From: a virus
Taxonomy: Duplodnaviria > Caudoviricetes
Length of the DNA: 28,135 nucleotides
Virus record (IMG/VR): IMGVR_UViG_3300006802_000415
Location: 1 to 28,135 of that record
Direction: 5' to 3' (one strand)
In this document: piece by piece, positions 14,025-23,451 of the stretch
Layout of the letters: each line of letters begins with the position of its first letter
Numbering within the stretch: the stretch's first letter is position 1
Position numbers and translations under genes: made by a program
Notes under the pieces: model-generated
What the model saw: the letters and a program-made list of their open reading frames with translations, nothing else
What the model was told of the DNA's origin: nothing
The model's database searches: none

Positions 14025-14744
14025 ATGGATCCTCTTCAGTTTTTAGAAGACCGCCTTAGTAGTTTTCCGTTTACTACGCTTCCTTTTACGTATCCTACGC
14101 GGTTGGGTATCAATGCGGCGCAGTTCTTTACTCAATCTGGGAAACCGGCCCTCGGCCAGGAAGCAAAGCTAGGCGGTAAACCGGTTTATTACGCAGGCGA
14201 AGATTACGGTTACCAGAGCCCTGAATCTTACAAACAAGTAACTGGTGAGTACCCGAAGGGCTTTGCGCCCTCAGCTGCTCAACAGCCGACTCTGGAACAA
14301 GCAGAGCCTACAGCTCCGGAAGTTAGTACAGAAACAGGTCCCGAAGTCACTACCCCAGAAGGAGGTCCGACGTTAGAGGGAGAAGGCGCTAAGCAAGAGC
14401 AGGAGCCTATTACTTCGGCTGTATTAGAACGCCTAGATCGATACGCTGACCCAGAGTATCAGCAAGAAATTAGCCGGATTAAGACTCGTAACTTAATCGA
14501 AGCTGCTTCGGTTCTTAGTGCCTTGCGTGCTCCACGTGAGCGTCAAAAGCAAGCTGCCGAGATTGAACGTCAGAATATCCAGGCGTGGCGGGACATTAAA
14601 GCCGCCCAGATTGAAGCCAACGCTCGTCAGCAGATGGCCCTTGGTTTAGCTACGGTGTCTGCAATGACCCCGAACCTTTCTAATTACGCTGAAATTTATA
14701 AAGCGTCTATGCAACCTTTTAACATCCGTACTTCACGGAAATAA
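14025..14744 (+). CDS. putative internal virion protein
   Basis: Strong SD AAGGAGG; P/E/T-rich linker plus helical C-terminus; function inferred. Confidence 0.6.
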   Translation: MDPLQFLEDRLSSFPFTTLPFTYPTRLGINAAQFFTQSGKPALGQEAKLGGKPVYYAGEDYGYQSPESYKQVTGEYPKGFAPSAAQQPTLEQAEPTAPEVSTETGPEVTTPEGGPTLEGEGAKQEQEPITSAVLERLDRYADPEYQQEISRIKTRNLIEAASVLSALRAPRERQKQAAEIERQNIQAWRDIKAAQIEANARQQMALGLATVSAMTPNLSNYAEIYKASMQPFNIRTSRK

Positions 14745-14746
14745 TC

Positions 14747-15499
14747 ATGGCTGTTCCTTTTGCTGCTGCTATGGGAATGCCCCTTCTCGCGGGGGGCGGA
14801 GGAGCTGCCGCAGCCGGCGGACTCGGTAGTACTCTGTTTGGAGTCGGGTCCGCTTTAAGTGGACTCGGATCTTTAGGTAGTGCTTTTATGGGAGGGGGTG
14901 GAGGAGGTCAAGCCGACTTCTCTTCTCTCTATGCTGGTTTAGTCCCAGGGCAAGTAAAAACGACTCTGGCTGGCCAAGACTTAGCGGCTATGACTGGTCT
15001 CTACTCTGGTCTTCTCGGTAATCGTGCAACTGTGGGGCTTGAGAGTGCTTTAGGTCAGTTTGATGTCGCTCGGCAGAAAGATCTAACCTCAGCTGGGTTA
15101 CAAACCGGTATTGCTTCCCAACTTGCTAGCAGTGCTATCGGTCTTGGCGAGGCTGCTGGTAAAGCAAAACTTGCAACCGAAATGCTTGGTCCTGAAACCG
15201 CTGCAGCTCTTACTAAACAGTTTGGGTCCACGGCTGGTGCGTTGCAGCAAACAGGTCTTCAAGGCGAAACTCAGTTACTTCTTCCCACTGCTACAGCAGC
15301 AGCTCAGACTGGTTTAGAAGCCGCGAAGACTCGTAATCAACAAGTGCTTGCCACAACTCAGACGAATCTAAATATCGCCAAAGCTCAAGAAGATACACGT
15401 AACGCCTTAGCCCTGCAACGTGGTCAAGTCGAAGGTCAGTTGGCGATGAAGCGATTCGGTGCTGGAATGGCGATGGCAGGACAGCGAGCATTCGCATGA
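14747..15499 (+). CDS. Gly/Ala-rich putative DNA-ejection (pilot-like) protein
   Basis: Hydrophobic G/A-rich N-terminus followed by A/Q-rich helix. Confidence 0.6.
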   Translation: MAVPFAAAMGMPLLAGGGGAAAAGGLGSTLFGVGSALSGLGSLGSAFMGGGGGGQADFSSLYAGLVPGQVKTTLAGQDLAAMTGLYSGLLGNRATVGLESALGQFDVARQKDLTSAGLQTGIASQLASSAIGLGEAAGKAKLATEMLGPETAAALTKQFGSTAGALQQTGLQGETQLLLPTATAAAQTGLEAAKTRNQQVLATTQTNLNIAKAQEDTRNALALQRGQVEGQLAMKRFGAGMAMAGQRAFA

Positions 15500-16026
15500 T
15501 CAAATCAACAGTCGGAGACTCCACCACGGTTGCCTCGTGGTTATCTTCGCTCGACAAGGCCCAAAAAGACGCGTTTGTATATTATGCAAAAAACGCTACA
15601 TCAGACATTGAAGCTTATCTTTATGCTCGATTTCTGAAGCCTGCTTACGCTGGAAGTATCTCGGACCTTACGGCCTGGATCCAGGAAAAGTATCCAAAAG
15701 AGGATCTTCGAAAAGTTTTGCTGCGCGAGATTGATGATCTTCAACTGGATATTCGTAATGTGCGAGATATGACTCAAAATCAAATGTTAGATCATGCTAC
15801 CGCAGCCACTAAAATATCGGCGCTGCAAAAAGAGCTTCGCAGTCACATTCAGGCGGTACGGTCTATTTCCGACGGCCTTGATCGCCGTGGTTTATTACTC
15901 GCTGGCGCTGATCGTTGTCTTCGGGAACTTGTTCAAACGTTTGATGGTCAGCCAGGCGTCCAAGCTTTACTAGAGGACGCCTCGCTGCTTGTTTGGTCCA
16001 CGATGGAGAACGAAGAGAAGTCTTAA
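15496..16026 (+). CDS. helical hypothetical protein, candidate terminase small subunit
   Basis: Last plus-strand gene before terL; size and helical pattern fit, but no diagnostic motif. Confidence 0.5.
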   Translation: MIKSTVGDSTTVASWLSSLDKAQKDAFVYYAKNATSDIEAYLYARFLKPAYAGSISDLTAWIQEKYPKEDLRKVLLREIDDLQLDIRNVRDMTQNQMLDHATAATKISALQKELRSHIQAVRSISDGLDRRGLLLAGADRCLRELVQTFDGQPGVQALLEDASLLVWSTMENEEKS

Positions 16027-17105
16027 TCCACTCTCTCTAAGAGCTTCATAACGTTCTCCAGTTGAGTCCGGAAAATACCCATAAAGGCATCGTTTACTCC
16101 TAAGGACATAACTAACTCGGTTCCATCGACGTAGGCTCCGAACGGGAGGATAACCGCTGGTTGATTTGACACAGGATTACCTCCCAAGTCGGTCCATTCG
16201 ATTACGCGGTCATTTAGAGAACCTGTAAATAGTGGGCGATCTACTACGTATGTAACTTGTTCGAAGTTTTTATCAACCATGTAAGCGCTTACATGGTACA
16301 GAAGATAAGGTTTGCCGCTCGGAGCGAACGCAGTGTGTTTCCAGTGGTAAAAAATAAGGTACCCGTACCCGAGATCGATAGGCGCCGTGGAGTTAAAAGT
16401 AGGCGCACCGTTCGTGACCGTATCTAATACTTGTGTGTCCAGCTCAATCCTGGGACTCTTCTCGCTCTCCACAATTAGGGGACGCGTCGAGTAAAGACAC
16501 GACAGCTCGTCGTTTCGCGTGAAGAAGCACCAGTTCTTTTCGGGTTTACCGGGGACAAGATTCTCTCCAATCGGAGGGGTGGCTGACTGGACCGCTTCAA
16601 AATTCTCGTTGATCCAACACACCGAAACTTTCGGTTGGTGGAACAACTTGTAATTTTTGGTGTCGTACCTGCTTGCGTACGTTGAAGTGACAAACTGAAC
16701 GTAAAGCTGGTTATCCGGACCCTTAAATAAACGAGGATCTTCGTAGCTCAGTCGGTGCTTACCTGGACGCAGTTTTTTGGTTCCGATCAGGCTCGCGTCA
16801 TCGGAACCAAGAATACCGACGTAGATTTCATTCGGCTGTCCGTTTAGGTAGAAGTATTTCATGTCGTGCCTAAAGCCGAACGGCTGAGGCTGACACCGCC
16901 AAGCTACATAATTCGTCCCGTTGTAACGAATAACAGAGGGGTTGAAATTGGCAATTGTGTTTTCCGGGAGTCCATTCACAATGCGAGTGAACTTTCCGCC
17001 GAGCATTTCGGCTTGTTCATAAACAGTCGGTGTTCCCGGGGCGTGCGTTTTAACCGGAAACAGAACGTCGCTATACGCGTGGTAAAAACGATGTGAAGTT
17101 TGCAT
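16023..17105 (-). CDS. GH130/GH43-like beta-propeller glycosidase or phosphorylase
   Basis: FNPSV, YEDPRLF and EKNW motifs. Confidence 0.7.
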   Translation of the reverse strand: MQTSHRFYHAYSDVLFPVKTHAPGTPTVYEQAEMLGGKFTRIVNGLPENTIANFNPSVIRYNGTNYVAWRCQPQPFGFRHDMKYFYLNGQPNEIYVGILGSDDASLIGTKKLRPGKHRLSYEDPRLFKGPDNQLYVQFVTSTYASRYDTKNYKLFHQPKVSVCWINENFEAVQSATPPIGENLVPGKPEKNWCFFTRNDELSCLYSTRPLIVESEKSPRIELDTQVLDTVTNGAPTFNSTAPIDLGYGYLIFYHWKHTAFAPSGKPYLLYHVSAYMVDKNFEQVTYVVDRPLFTGSLNDRVIEWTDLGGNPVSNQPAVILPFGAYVDGTELVMSLGVNDAFMGIFRTQLENVMKLLERVD

Positions 17106-17108
17106 AGC

Positions 17109-18281
17109 TCAAACAGAAAGATCGGAAATAGCTTTAGAAAAACCCATCGCGACGGATTCCCATCGGTACTCGGGGCGTTGAGTTACGGCGTAGCAGGCAT
17201 CAGCCACTTCGGCGTAAATCGTGTCATCTTCGTATAGCTCAGTAAGTAACCGAGAGGTGTGTTGAACATCTACAAGCCCTCGCTCAACACCGAGATCTTT
17301 GTCGATTACCCACGTGGCGATTTCCGCGAGTTGAGCAGCTCCCTCCCAAATGTCTTTACACGCTGTGTGATTCGGAACAACCTGCGGTTTACGGCAACTG
17401 GCGCTTTCAAAACTGACGAGTCCCCAACCTTCTCCGTCAGCTGTGTTCAGACCCACGTCGCACGCGTTATAAATAGTGTTCAATAATGTATCTGGAGGAG
17501 CATCCATGTAATTCATGTTAGGTGACGTGAGGATGAGACGATGTTTGTCGTCGAGGCCGCGTTTCGACATCTCGCGGTGGAACAGAGGCATGACGTCCCA
17601 TCCAAGGTCCTTCGCCCCCATATGTAAGTAGAGCATCGTGTCAGGCTTGTCCTTCGCGAACTCGGCAAACGCCTGAATCGTCAGGTCAATTCTTTTACGG
17701 GGCTGGTTACGGTTTCCGTTAAATACGATGAATTTATCTAGAGGCAAACCAAGCTGTTCGCGGGCGTCTTTTTTATCGATCGGATAGAAACGATCCTTGT
17801 CCACGCCATGAGGAAGAACCCCCAGGCGTGGCACATTGATTTTGTGCGACAGGATTCTGTGAGCGCAGTTGACGGTAAACGTGATTGCGAGATCCCAGAA
17901 GGGCATGTGCTGCAGCATGTCTGGGTAGTAACTTTCGCTGTCTACCGGGAAGTAAGCGATGAATTTAAACTTCAGATCGTCCTTAAGGAAATGACACCGC
18001 TCCCAAAATTGATTGACGATCCAGATATCGTTCAGACAGATAACGACATCGGGTTTTTCTTTTTGTAGGATCTCCGGGATTCTGTTGATTCCAAACCTAT
18101 CCTGGGAGCCACCCGCACCGGCTGGGTAGATTTTGTAGGGATGCGAGTGCGGATCCCCCGTGTAATTAATACCTAAAACGCACACTTCATAATCTTTACT
18201 TAAATGTTCCAGAACACTATGTGTTACACGACCGAATCCTGTGTTACTGCAAGCATCTCCGTACCAAAGAATTTTCGTCAT
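17109..18281 (-). CDS. GT4-family (GT-B) glycosyltransferase
   Basis: TGFGRV, PHGVD, NRNQPRKRID, EGWGLVSFE (EX7E). Confidence 0.9.
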   Translation of the reverse strand: MTKILWYGDACSNTGFGRVTHSVLEHLSKDYEVCVLGINYTGDPHSHPYKIYPAGAGGSQDRFGINRIPEILQKEKPDVVICLNDIWIVNQFWERCHFLKDDLKFKFIAYFPVDSESYYPDMLQHMPFWDLAITFTVNCAHRILSHKINVPRLGVLPHGVDKDRFYPIDKKDAREQLGLPLDKFIVFNGNRNQPRKRIDLTIQAFAEFAKDKPDTMLYLHMGAKDLGWDVMPLFHREMSKRGLDDKHRLILTSPNMNYMDAPPDTLLNTIYNACDVGLNTADGEGWGLVSFESASCRKPQVVPNHTACKDIWEGAAQLAEIATWVIDKDLGVERGLVDVQHTSRLLTELYEDDTIYAEVADACYAVTQRPEYRWESVAMGFSKAISDLSV

Positions 18282-18335
18282 GCTTGGTTTGAGTTTCTAG
18301 TACAATCAATATAGCAGTACTGTCAGTTTATTGAT

Positions 18336-19856
18336 ATGCCTAGCCGTGCCTCTTTCGCTTACCGCCGCAGCGCTCAGCTTCAAGCCAAAAAAGCTTCGGA
18401 AAAAAACGACGGCACAGTAGATACCATATACACTAGAGCAGCTAACGATTTCCATACGTTCTGTACTATTTTAGACAAAACTCCTGCACGTCATATGTTG
18501 GAGTGGCACCGTCATTTGATTACCGGGGAGTCCAACAAATACTTGCTAGATATCGCTGGACAAAATCTTGACATCCTCGCGCCAAGGGGTTCAGCGAAAT
18601 CGACTGTGCTCAACTTGTTCACCGCGTGGATTATCGGACGACACACGACTGCAAAAAGACCTCTCCAAATTATTTACTGCTCGTACAACATTGCTACAGC
18701 TATCCCTAAGAGCCGTATTATCAAGCAAATTATTGATTCTCCTGAGTATCGTAAAGTATTTCCTCGTGTCAAACTGCGTTCGGGTATGCAGTCTGACATC
18801 GGTTGGTCGATCGACTTTGACTATGCCGGTATCCCTAGGCTCGGTGACGAAGAGTTTACGTTGCGTGCTGCCGGACTCCGCGGCTCTATTACGTCAAAAC
18901 GTGCTCATATTGTTATCGTAGATGACCCTATTAAGTCGAGTGCAGATATTAAAAACCCTGCTATTAGGGATGAGATGAATAACAACTGGAGCTCTGTGAT
19001 CGCGCCGATTATTTTTGAGGGTGGCCGATCAATTTGTCTTGGAACTCGGTTCCATCCGTTGGACATCCATAAAACGATGTTCATTCCGGAGAAAGGGTGG
19101 AAACAAGTAACGCAGGAAGCCATTACGTACGACGATCGTGGCGAACCTGTCAGCTATTGGCCAGAACAGTGGAGCGCCGATTATCTGCTCGGTCAGAAGG
19201 AGCTTGACCCTGTTGCGTTCGCGTATCAGTATCAACAACAGCCCGTGATGACCTCCGACTTGGTTGTGTCGCCAGATCTACTTATTAAGGGTGAAGTTGT
19301 TACCGAGTTCGACAGTTTGGCGGTAGGTATTGACCTCTCAGCGAGTAAAAACGAGACAAGCGATTACACAGCTTTTGTGTTAGGTGGTCGTCTTAAAGAC
19401 AATTACTACATTATTGATGCACATCAGTGTCGATCTATCGGAAATCTTGAAAAAATAGACATGCTGTGCGATATGCTGCTGGAGTGGGGAATTTTAGCTC
19501 AGCAAGATGGGCAATTTTTCCCGACATATTCCACGATTACGCTTGTAGTTGAGTCTGTTGCCTACCAAGCATCCCTCGCAGCAGACCTCCGCCGCGTACT
19601 TTTGAACGAGCGTGGCCTTAGTAACCTCCATATTCACGAAGTCAAGGGTTTCCGAGGGGATAAAATTGCTAGATTTAGAGGCACTCTCGGGTTGTTAGAG
19701 AATAAAAAGGTGACTTTTAACAAATATCGTAAGTTTGATGGCCTCTTTGACCAGTTGATCAACGTTGGTGCTACAGCTCATGACGATTTGTTAGACGCGT
19801 ACACTTGGTTGATTACATTTCTACAGCGTCGCGGCAACTTTTCAATCGAGTACTGA
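18336..19856 (+). CDS. terL: terminase large subunit
   Basis: Walker A APRGSAKST, Walker B IVIVDD, GTRFH, nuclease GIDLS..DYTA and HDDLLDA. Confidence 0.93.
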   Translation: MPSRASFAYRRSAQLQAKKASEKNDGTVDTIYTRAANDFHTFCTILDKTPARHMLEWHRHLITGESNKYLLDIAGQNLDILAPRGSAKSTVLNLFTAWIIGRHTTAKRPLQIIYCSYNIATAIPKSRIIKQIIDSPEYRKVFPRVKLRSGMQSDIGWSIDFDYAGIPRLGDEEFTLRAAGLRGSITSKRAHIVIVDDPIKSSADIKNPAIRDEMNNNWSSVIAPIIFEGGRSICLGTRFHPLDIHKTMFIPEKGWKQVTQEAITYDDRGEPVSYWPEQWSADYLLGQKELDPVAFAYQYQQQPVMTSDLVVSPDLLIKGEVVTEFDSLAVGIDLSASKNETSDYTAFVLGGRLKDNYYIIDAHQCRSIGNLEKIDMLCDMLLEWGILAQQDGQFFPTYSTITLVVESVAYQASLAADLRRVLLNERGLSNLHIHEVKGFRGDKIARFRGTLGLLENKKVTFNKYRKFDGLFDQLINVGATAHDDLLDAYTWLITFLQRRGNFSIEY

Positions 19857-20755
19857 TGAAAACTCACACTTCCACGCTCGCTGGGTCACGTGTCTGGGTC
19901 GCAATAACGGCTCACCAGCCTTTAAAACGTATAAATTCGCTAGTTAACACTATTCGTGCTTATTTAGAGTATGAACTAGAGGTAAAAATAAATATTTACG
20001 TAGATTATGAATCAGAAGGGGACGTAGAGACGTTAAAAAGTATTCTAGATCCGTATCTATCGAATTTAGATATCGAAATCAAGGTTTGTGGTCCCGAATT
20101 TCACGGTTGGGAGCTCACGTGGGCACATAAAACAGATTTGGTGTTGGCGTGTATGAACTACACCGCTGATTTTTACATTTACCAAGAAAATGACATGATA
20201 TTGACTTACGAAAATTTAAAATATTGGTTTAGATGGAAAAACAGGTTAAGTGCAGCGGGTTTTGAGCCGGGTTTTGTCCGATACGAGGAGTACGGGGACC
20301 TCAAAATCCCCTTTGATAACTACCACACGTTTTCGTTGACACGAAAGACGCCGAACGTTTGGCATAACATCGGTTTTGAAGTTAAAAAGATGCTTGTTGT
20401 CGATCCGGAGATTAAGTTCTTTGCGCAGGTATCCAATCCATATTACGGAGCTATGATTTTAGATCAACAAGATGCTGTTAAGTACGTTAAGAGTCAGAGT
20501 ATGGACCCTATGAAGAGCTATGAGCTCGTCGGCATCCGTAATTGGCCTTTAGCGGACCGAAGCTCGATGGGTTTGGCGTTCGAGGATATTCCGGCTGGCC
20601 ACGAGCATCGTCGCTGGATTCCTGTGGTGGAGAAAGATGGTAAGTATATGCCTCATGAATCTTGCTTGATTAAACATGATGACACTAAGTACACTGAAAA
20701 ACTTCTTGATAAATCCAGTAGTTTGATAGACTGTGAACATATGTTTACTCTGTAA
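19856..20755 (+). CDS. putative GT-A-fold glycosyltransferase-like protein
   Basis: ATG overlaps the terL stop (TGATG); VAITAH N-terminal strand and FYIYQENDM resemble a GT-A metal motif. Confidence 0.5.
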   Translation: MKTHTSTLAGSRVWVAITAHQPLKRINSLVNTIRAYLEYELEVKINIYVDYESEGDVETLKSILDPYLSNLDIEIKVCGPEFHGWELTWAHKTDLVLACMNYTADFYIYQENDMILTYENLKYWFRWKNRLSAAGFEPGFVRYEEYGDLKIPFDNYHTFSLTRKTPNVWHNIGFEVKKMLVVDPEIKFFAQVSNPYYGAMILDQQDAVKYVKSQSMDPMKSYELVGIRNWPLADRSSMGLAFEDIPAGHEHRRWIPVVEKDGKYMPHESCLIKHDDTKYTEKLLDKSSSLIDCEHMFTL

Positions 20756-20756
20756 A

Positions 20757-20906
20757 ATGGCCCAACGAGGTGCACACTATGTCTCAGTGTGTTATGTTCT
20801 GAACGGTCAAAACTACCAACAGACTTTATTTCGAGATGACGCGTATCGACTTCGACGATTCGTTGAACGTGAACGAGGCACAATCTACTGGTTCAACCCA
20901 GCTTAA
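20757..20906 (+). CDS. hypothetical protein, 49 aa (MAQRGAHYVSVCYVLNG...)
   Basis: Translated by hand; ATG 1 nt after the upstream stop. Confidence 0.55.
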   Translation: MAQRGAHYVSVCYVLNGQNYQQTLFRDDAYRLRRFVERERGTIYWFNPA

Positions 20907-21117
20907 CGATCCTGTAAATCACCCAGCACACTACACTCAAGGTGGTATTGAGTGCATCGAGGCTCTTAAAGCCGCTTTAGGTTTCGAGGGTTTTAAAAGT
21001 TACTGTCGCGGCAATATCATTAAGTACCTTTGGCGAACAGAGCATAAAAACAAAGTTCAGGACCTGAAAAAAGCTAGGTGGTATCTGGACCGATTGATCG
21101 AAGAGAGCGAACAGTGA
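20836..21117 (+). CDS. DUF3310 (SaV-like) protein
   Basis: DPVNHPAHYTQGGIECIE...GNIIKYLWR..HKN..QDLKKARWYL; start may be GTG 20869. Confidence 0.9.
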   Translation: MTRIDFDDSLNVNEAQSTGSTQLNDPVNHPAHYTQGGIECIEALKAALGFEGFKSYCRGNIIKYLWRTEHKNKVQDLKKARWYLDRLIEESEQ

Positions 21118-21145
21118 ACCTATAATGTAGGAAAACAGATCACTC

Positions 21146-21433
21146 ATGGACGTAAGGGCGTTTGGGTCTATCTACGGGCAGACAGCCAGTCTCCCTTATA
21201 CCAGTGGTTTTGGCGCGGTAGTTTCCGGTAACGGTCGAATCAACTTTCCGGCTTGTCGCGCGATTTTTATTCAGTCACGTTCTTCATCCGGCAAAGGTTA
21301 CCTTGCCGTAGAGCTTTCGGATGCTCCGGGCCAAATCGCCGTGGCGGGCAACCTAGCGGGGGATGTTTTATATCCTCTCTCGTGTACCGCTTTAATCAGT
21401 GGTGATGTTGAAGGCGTATTTGTGCTGTACTGA
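21146..21433 (+). CDS. hypothetical beta-rich protein, possibly structural
   Basis: ORF track; TATAAT at 21121-21126 upstream. Confidence 0.7.
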   Translation: MDVRAFGSIYGQTASLPYTSGFGAVVSGNGRINFPACRAIFIQSRSSSGKGYLAVELSDAPGQIAVAGNLAGDVLYPLSCTALISGDVEGVFVLY

Positions 21434-21663
21434 TGGCTGAAATCGCTAAAAAAAGAGATCCTAAGAAGTGGGCAGCAGCTAAAGCTAAAGCTCGTAAAAA
21501 ATTAGGAGGCCACTCTGCGCGAGCGATGCAGCTTGCAACCAAGTACTATAAAGAAGCGGGCGGAACCTACGAAGGTAAAAAGTCTTCTTCGAATCGTTTG
21601 AGCCGTTGGTCCAAAGAAGACTGGCAAACACGCGAAGAATACGAAAAGTCTAAAAAAGACTAA
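21433..21663 (+). CDS. basic protein resembling the N-half of DUF5872
   Basis: HSARAMQLATKYYKEAGGTY...LSRWSKEDW. Confidence 0.7.
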   Translation: MAEIAKKRDPKKWAAAKAKARKKLGGHSARAMQLATKYYKEAGGTYEGKKSSSNRLSRWSKEDWQTREEYEKSKKD

Positions 21664-21665
21664 TC

Positions 21666-21869
21666 ATGGATGCTTCAGACCTCGTTAATTACCTGTCGGG
21701 CGGTACTACTTTCCGAGAGAGGGTGCTCGGCGATGCTAAGGATTTGATCAAAGCGATCAAAAGCAAATCTAGTACCGACGCAATCGCCCAAGGTCTGGTG
21801 AACCCGCTGAAAAACGAAATGCTTGCTCGGGCAGCAGCTGCTAAAGCGATGATGGGGACCCTTGGCTGA
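21666..21869 (+). CDS. hypothetical protein
   Basis: ORF track; coupled to both neighbours. Confidence 0.65.
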   Translation: MDASDLVNYLSGGTTFRERVLGDAKDLIKAIKSKSSTDAIAQGLVNPLKNEMLARAAAAKAMMGTLG

Positions 21870-22086
21870 TAAAGCACGCGAGAAAGGAAGAACCGAGCGG
21901 TACCTACCACGAGCAGCGTGGGCTTCGCTTAGTGCGGAAGAGCGTCGTGCGACCGACGAAAAGAAAAAACGAGCTACGTCGGGTAACAAACCTGTAAATA
22001 CACAAGTCGCCAATACGGACAAAGCACGCGAAGCAAGGCGTCGTGCTTCCGAGTACATTAGAAGAAAGACTTCTAAAGATGGCTGA
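21862..22086 (+). CDS. basic protein resembling the C-half of DUF5872
   Basis: TERYLPRAAWASLSAEERRATDEKKKR...QVANT; TTG start. Confidence 0.7.
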   Translation: MADKAREKGRTERYLPRAAWASLSAEERRATDEKKKRATSGNKPVNTQVANTDKAREARRRASEYIRRKTSKDG

Positions 22087-22408
22087 TCCCTTCCTCGAAG
22101 CCGGCGATTTGTTCACCCGCGCTTTTAATGCGCAGGAAGTTGCGGCTCGTCGTCAGATGAAGGCTCAACGAGCCAGTATGCGTAGCGACGAGTATACAAG
22201 TCAGATAGAGGATCAAGCGTATAACGCTCCTGTACCCCCTATGAACGCGCCTTATGGTGTGTTTGAAGAAGGCTTCCAGCCCACAGGGGACCCGATGGAA
22301 GACATCAAACAAGAGTTGATGCAGAAGACGCGAGCGAACCGACGGGCTGCCGAATCTTCTCAAGCTGTTCGTGCCGGTAACGGTAACGTCACCCCTAGTA
22401 TGCGTTAA
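22079..22408 (+). CDS. hypothetical protein (MADPFLEAG...)
   Basis: Track ORF 22043..22408; ATG 22079 overlaps the upstream stop. Confidence 0.7.
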   Translation: MADPFLEAGDLFTRAFNAQEVAARRQMKAQRASMRSDEYTSQIEDQAYNAPVPPMNAPYGVFEEGFQPTGDPMEDIKQELMQKTRANRRAAESSQAVRAGNGNVTPSMR

Positions 22409-22432
22409 TATACTGACAGCTTCAGTGTTGCT

Positions 22433-23275
22433 GTGCTGTTTGACTGCTTTTTGTACTTCGACGAAAAAGAGCTTTTAGAGCTCCGCGTCAATATTCTTAA
22501 AGATATTGTAGATGGGTTTATTATTACGGATGCGGACAGGACGTTTAAGGGGGAGAAGAAAGACTTTACGTGCGTAGAAACAATCCGTGCACTGGGTCTT
22601 CCTGAGGAAAAGATTCAAGTTCTTCACGTAGAACTACCTCCTCCGGACATCGCCCCGAATCCCTGGGTTCGTGAATATTCACAACGCGATGCGCTGGCCG
22701 TGGGTATGCGGATGACACCCCCGGACTCAGTGTTTTTCTTCAGCGATGTTGACGAAATTCCTAAGCCAGACGCCCTTTTAGCTGCAGTCGATCTAGCAAA
22801 ACAGGACCCCACTCGTTGCGTCCGGTTATCAATGCCAATGTTCTATGGACGTGCCGATCTCCGCGTGGTTGACCCCAAGCGTGATACGTCCAAACCACCT
22901 ACTAATTGGACTTGCGGGACAGTTGTTCTCCACGAGCACTTAGATCAGACTCTTTCTGAAATTCGTAAAAATCCCAACGATCTCGTTTACGGAGACTGTG
23001 ACGCAGGTTGGCATTTTTCTTGGATGGGAGACCCAGCTCGGATGAAGCGTAAGCTTACATCGTTCTCTCACTGTTATGACGATATTCCTTACGCCCACGC
23101 TCCTGCATACAGTCAAGAAATGCTGGACTATTTAGATGCGTACAAAGCTACAGCGGGAGGGAATGATCCATTAGGTCGAAAAGACCACATTTTGGAACCC
23201 TATCCGCATGAGCTTTTACCCGCTGAGCTGTTTAAAATAGAAAGAGTACGCGAGTATCTACTTCCCAATGGCTGA
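22433..23275 (+). CDS. GT17-like (MGAT3-type) glycosyltransferase
   Basis: FDCFLYFDEKELLELR, W.RE..QRD, SDVDEIP, AGWHFSW..K..SFSH. Confidence 0.85.
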   Translation: MLFDCFLYFDEKELLELRVNILKDIVDGFIITDADRTFKGEKKDFTCVETIRALGLPEEKIQVLHVELPPPDIAPNPWVREYSQRDALAVGMRMTPPDSVFFFSDVDEIPKPDALLAAVDLAKQDPTRCVRLSMPMFYGRADLRVVDPKRDTSKPPTNWTCGTVVLHEHLDQTLSEIRKNPNDLVYGDCDAGWHFSWMGDPARMKRKLTSFSHCYDDIPYAHAPAYSQEMLDYLDAYKATAGGNDPLGRKDHILEPYPHELLPAELFKIERVREYLLPNG

Positions 23276-23432
23276 TCTCATGACGGAACAGATCAAAAAG
23301 CCGATGGCTGGTAAACAAGGCGGCGGTGAGAAAGAGGGTTCTGAGCGTAACGAAGTCCGTCGTGAAGCTGTCCGTAAAGCACGGAAAGCTCGTATGATGC
23401 GTACAAAGGAGCGAGAAGCTGGTTCTCGCTGA
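23268..23432 (+). CDS. small basic protein, 54 aa (MADLMTEQIKKPMAGKQGG...)
   Basis: Translated by hand; 8-nt overlap with the upstream stop. Confidence 0.65.
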   Translation: MADLMTEQIKKPMAGKQGGGEKEGSERNEVRREAVRKARKARMMRTKEREAGSR

Positions 23433-23451
23433 GTCATAAAGGAAAACGTCG

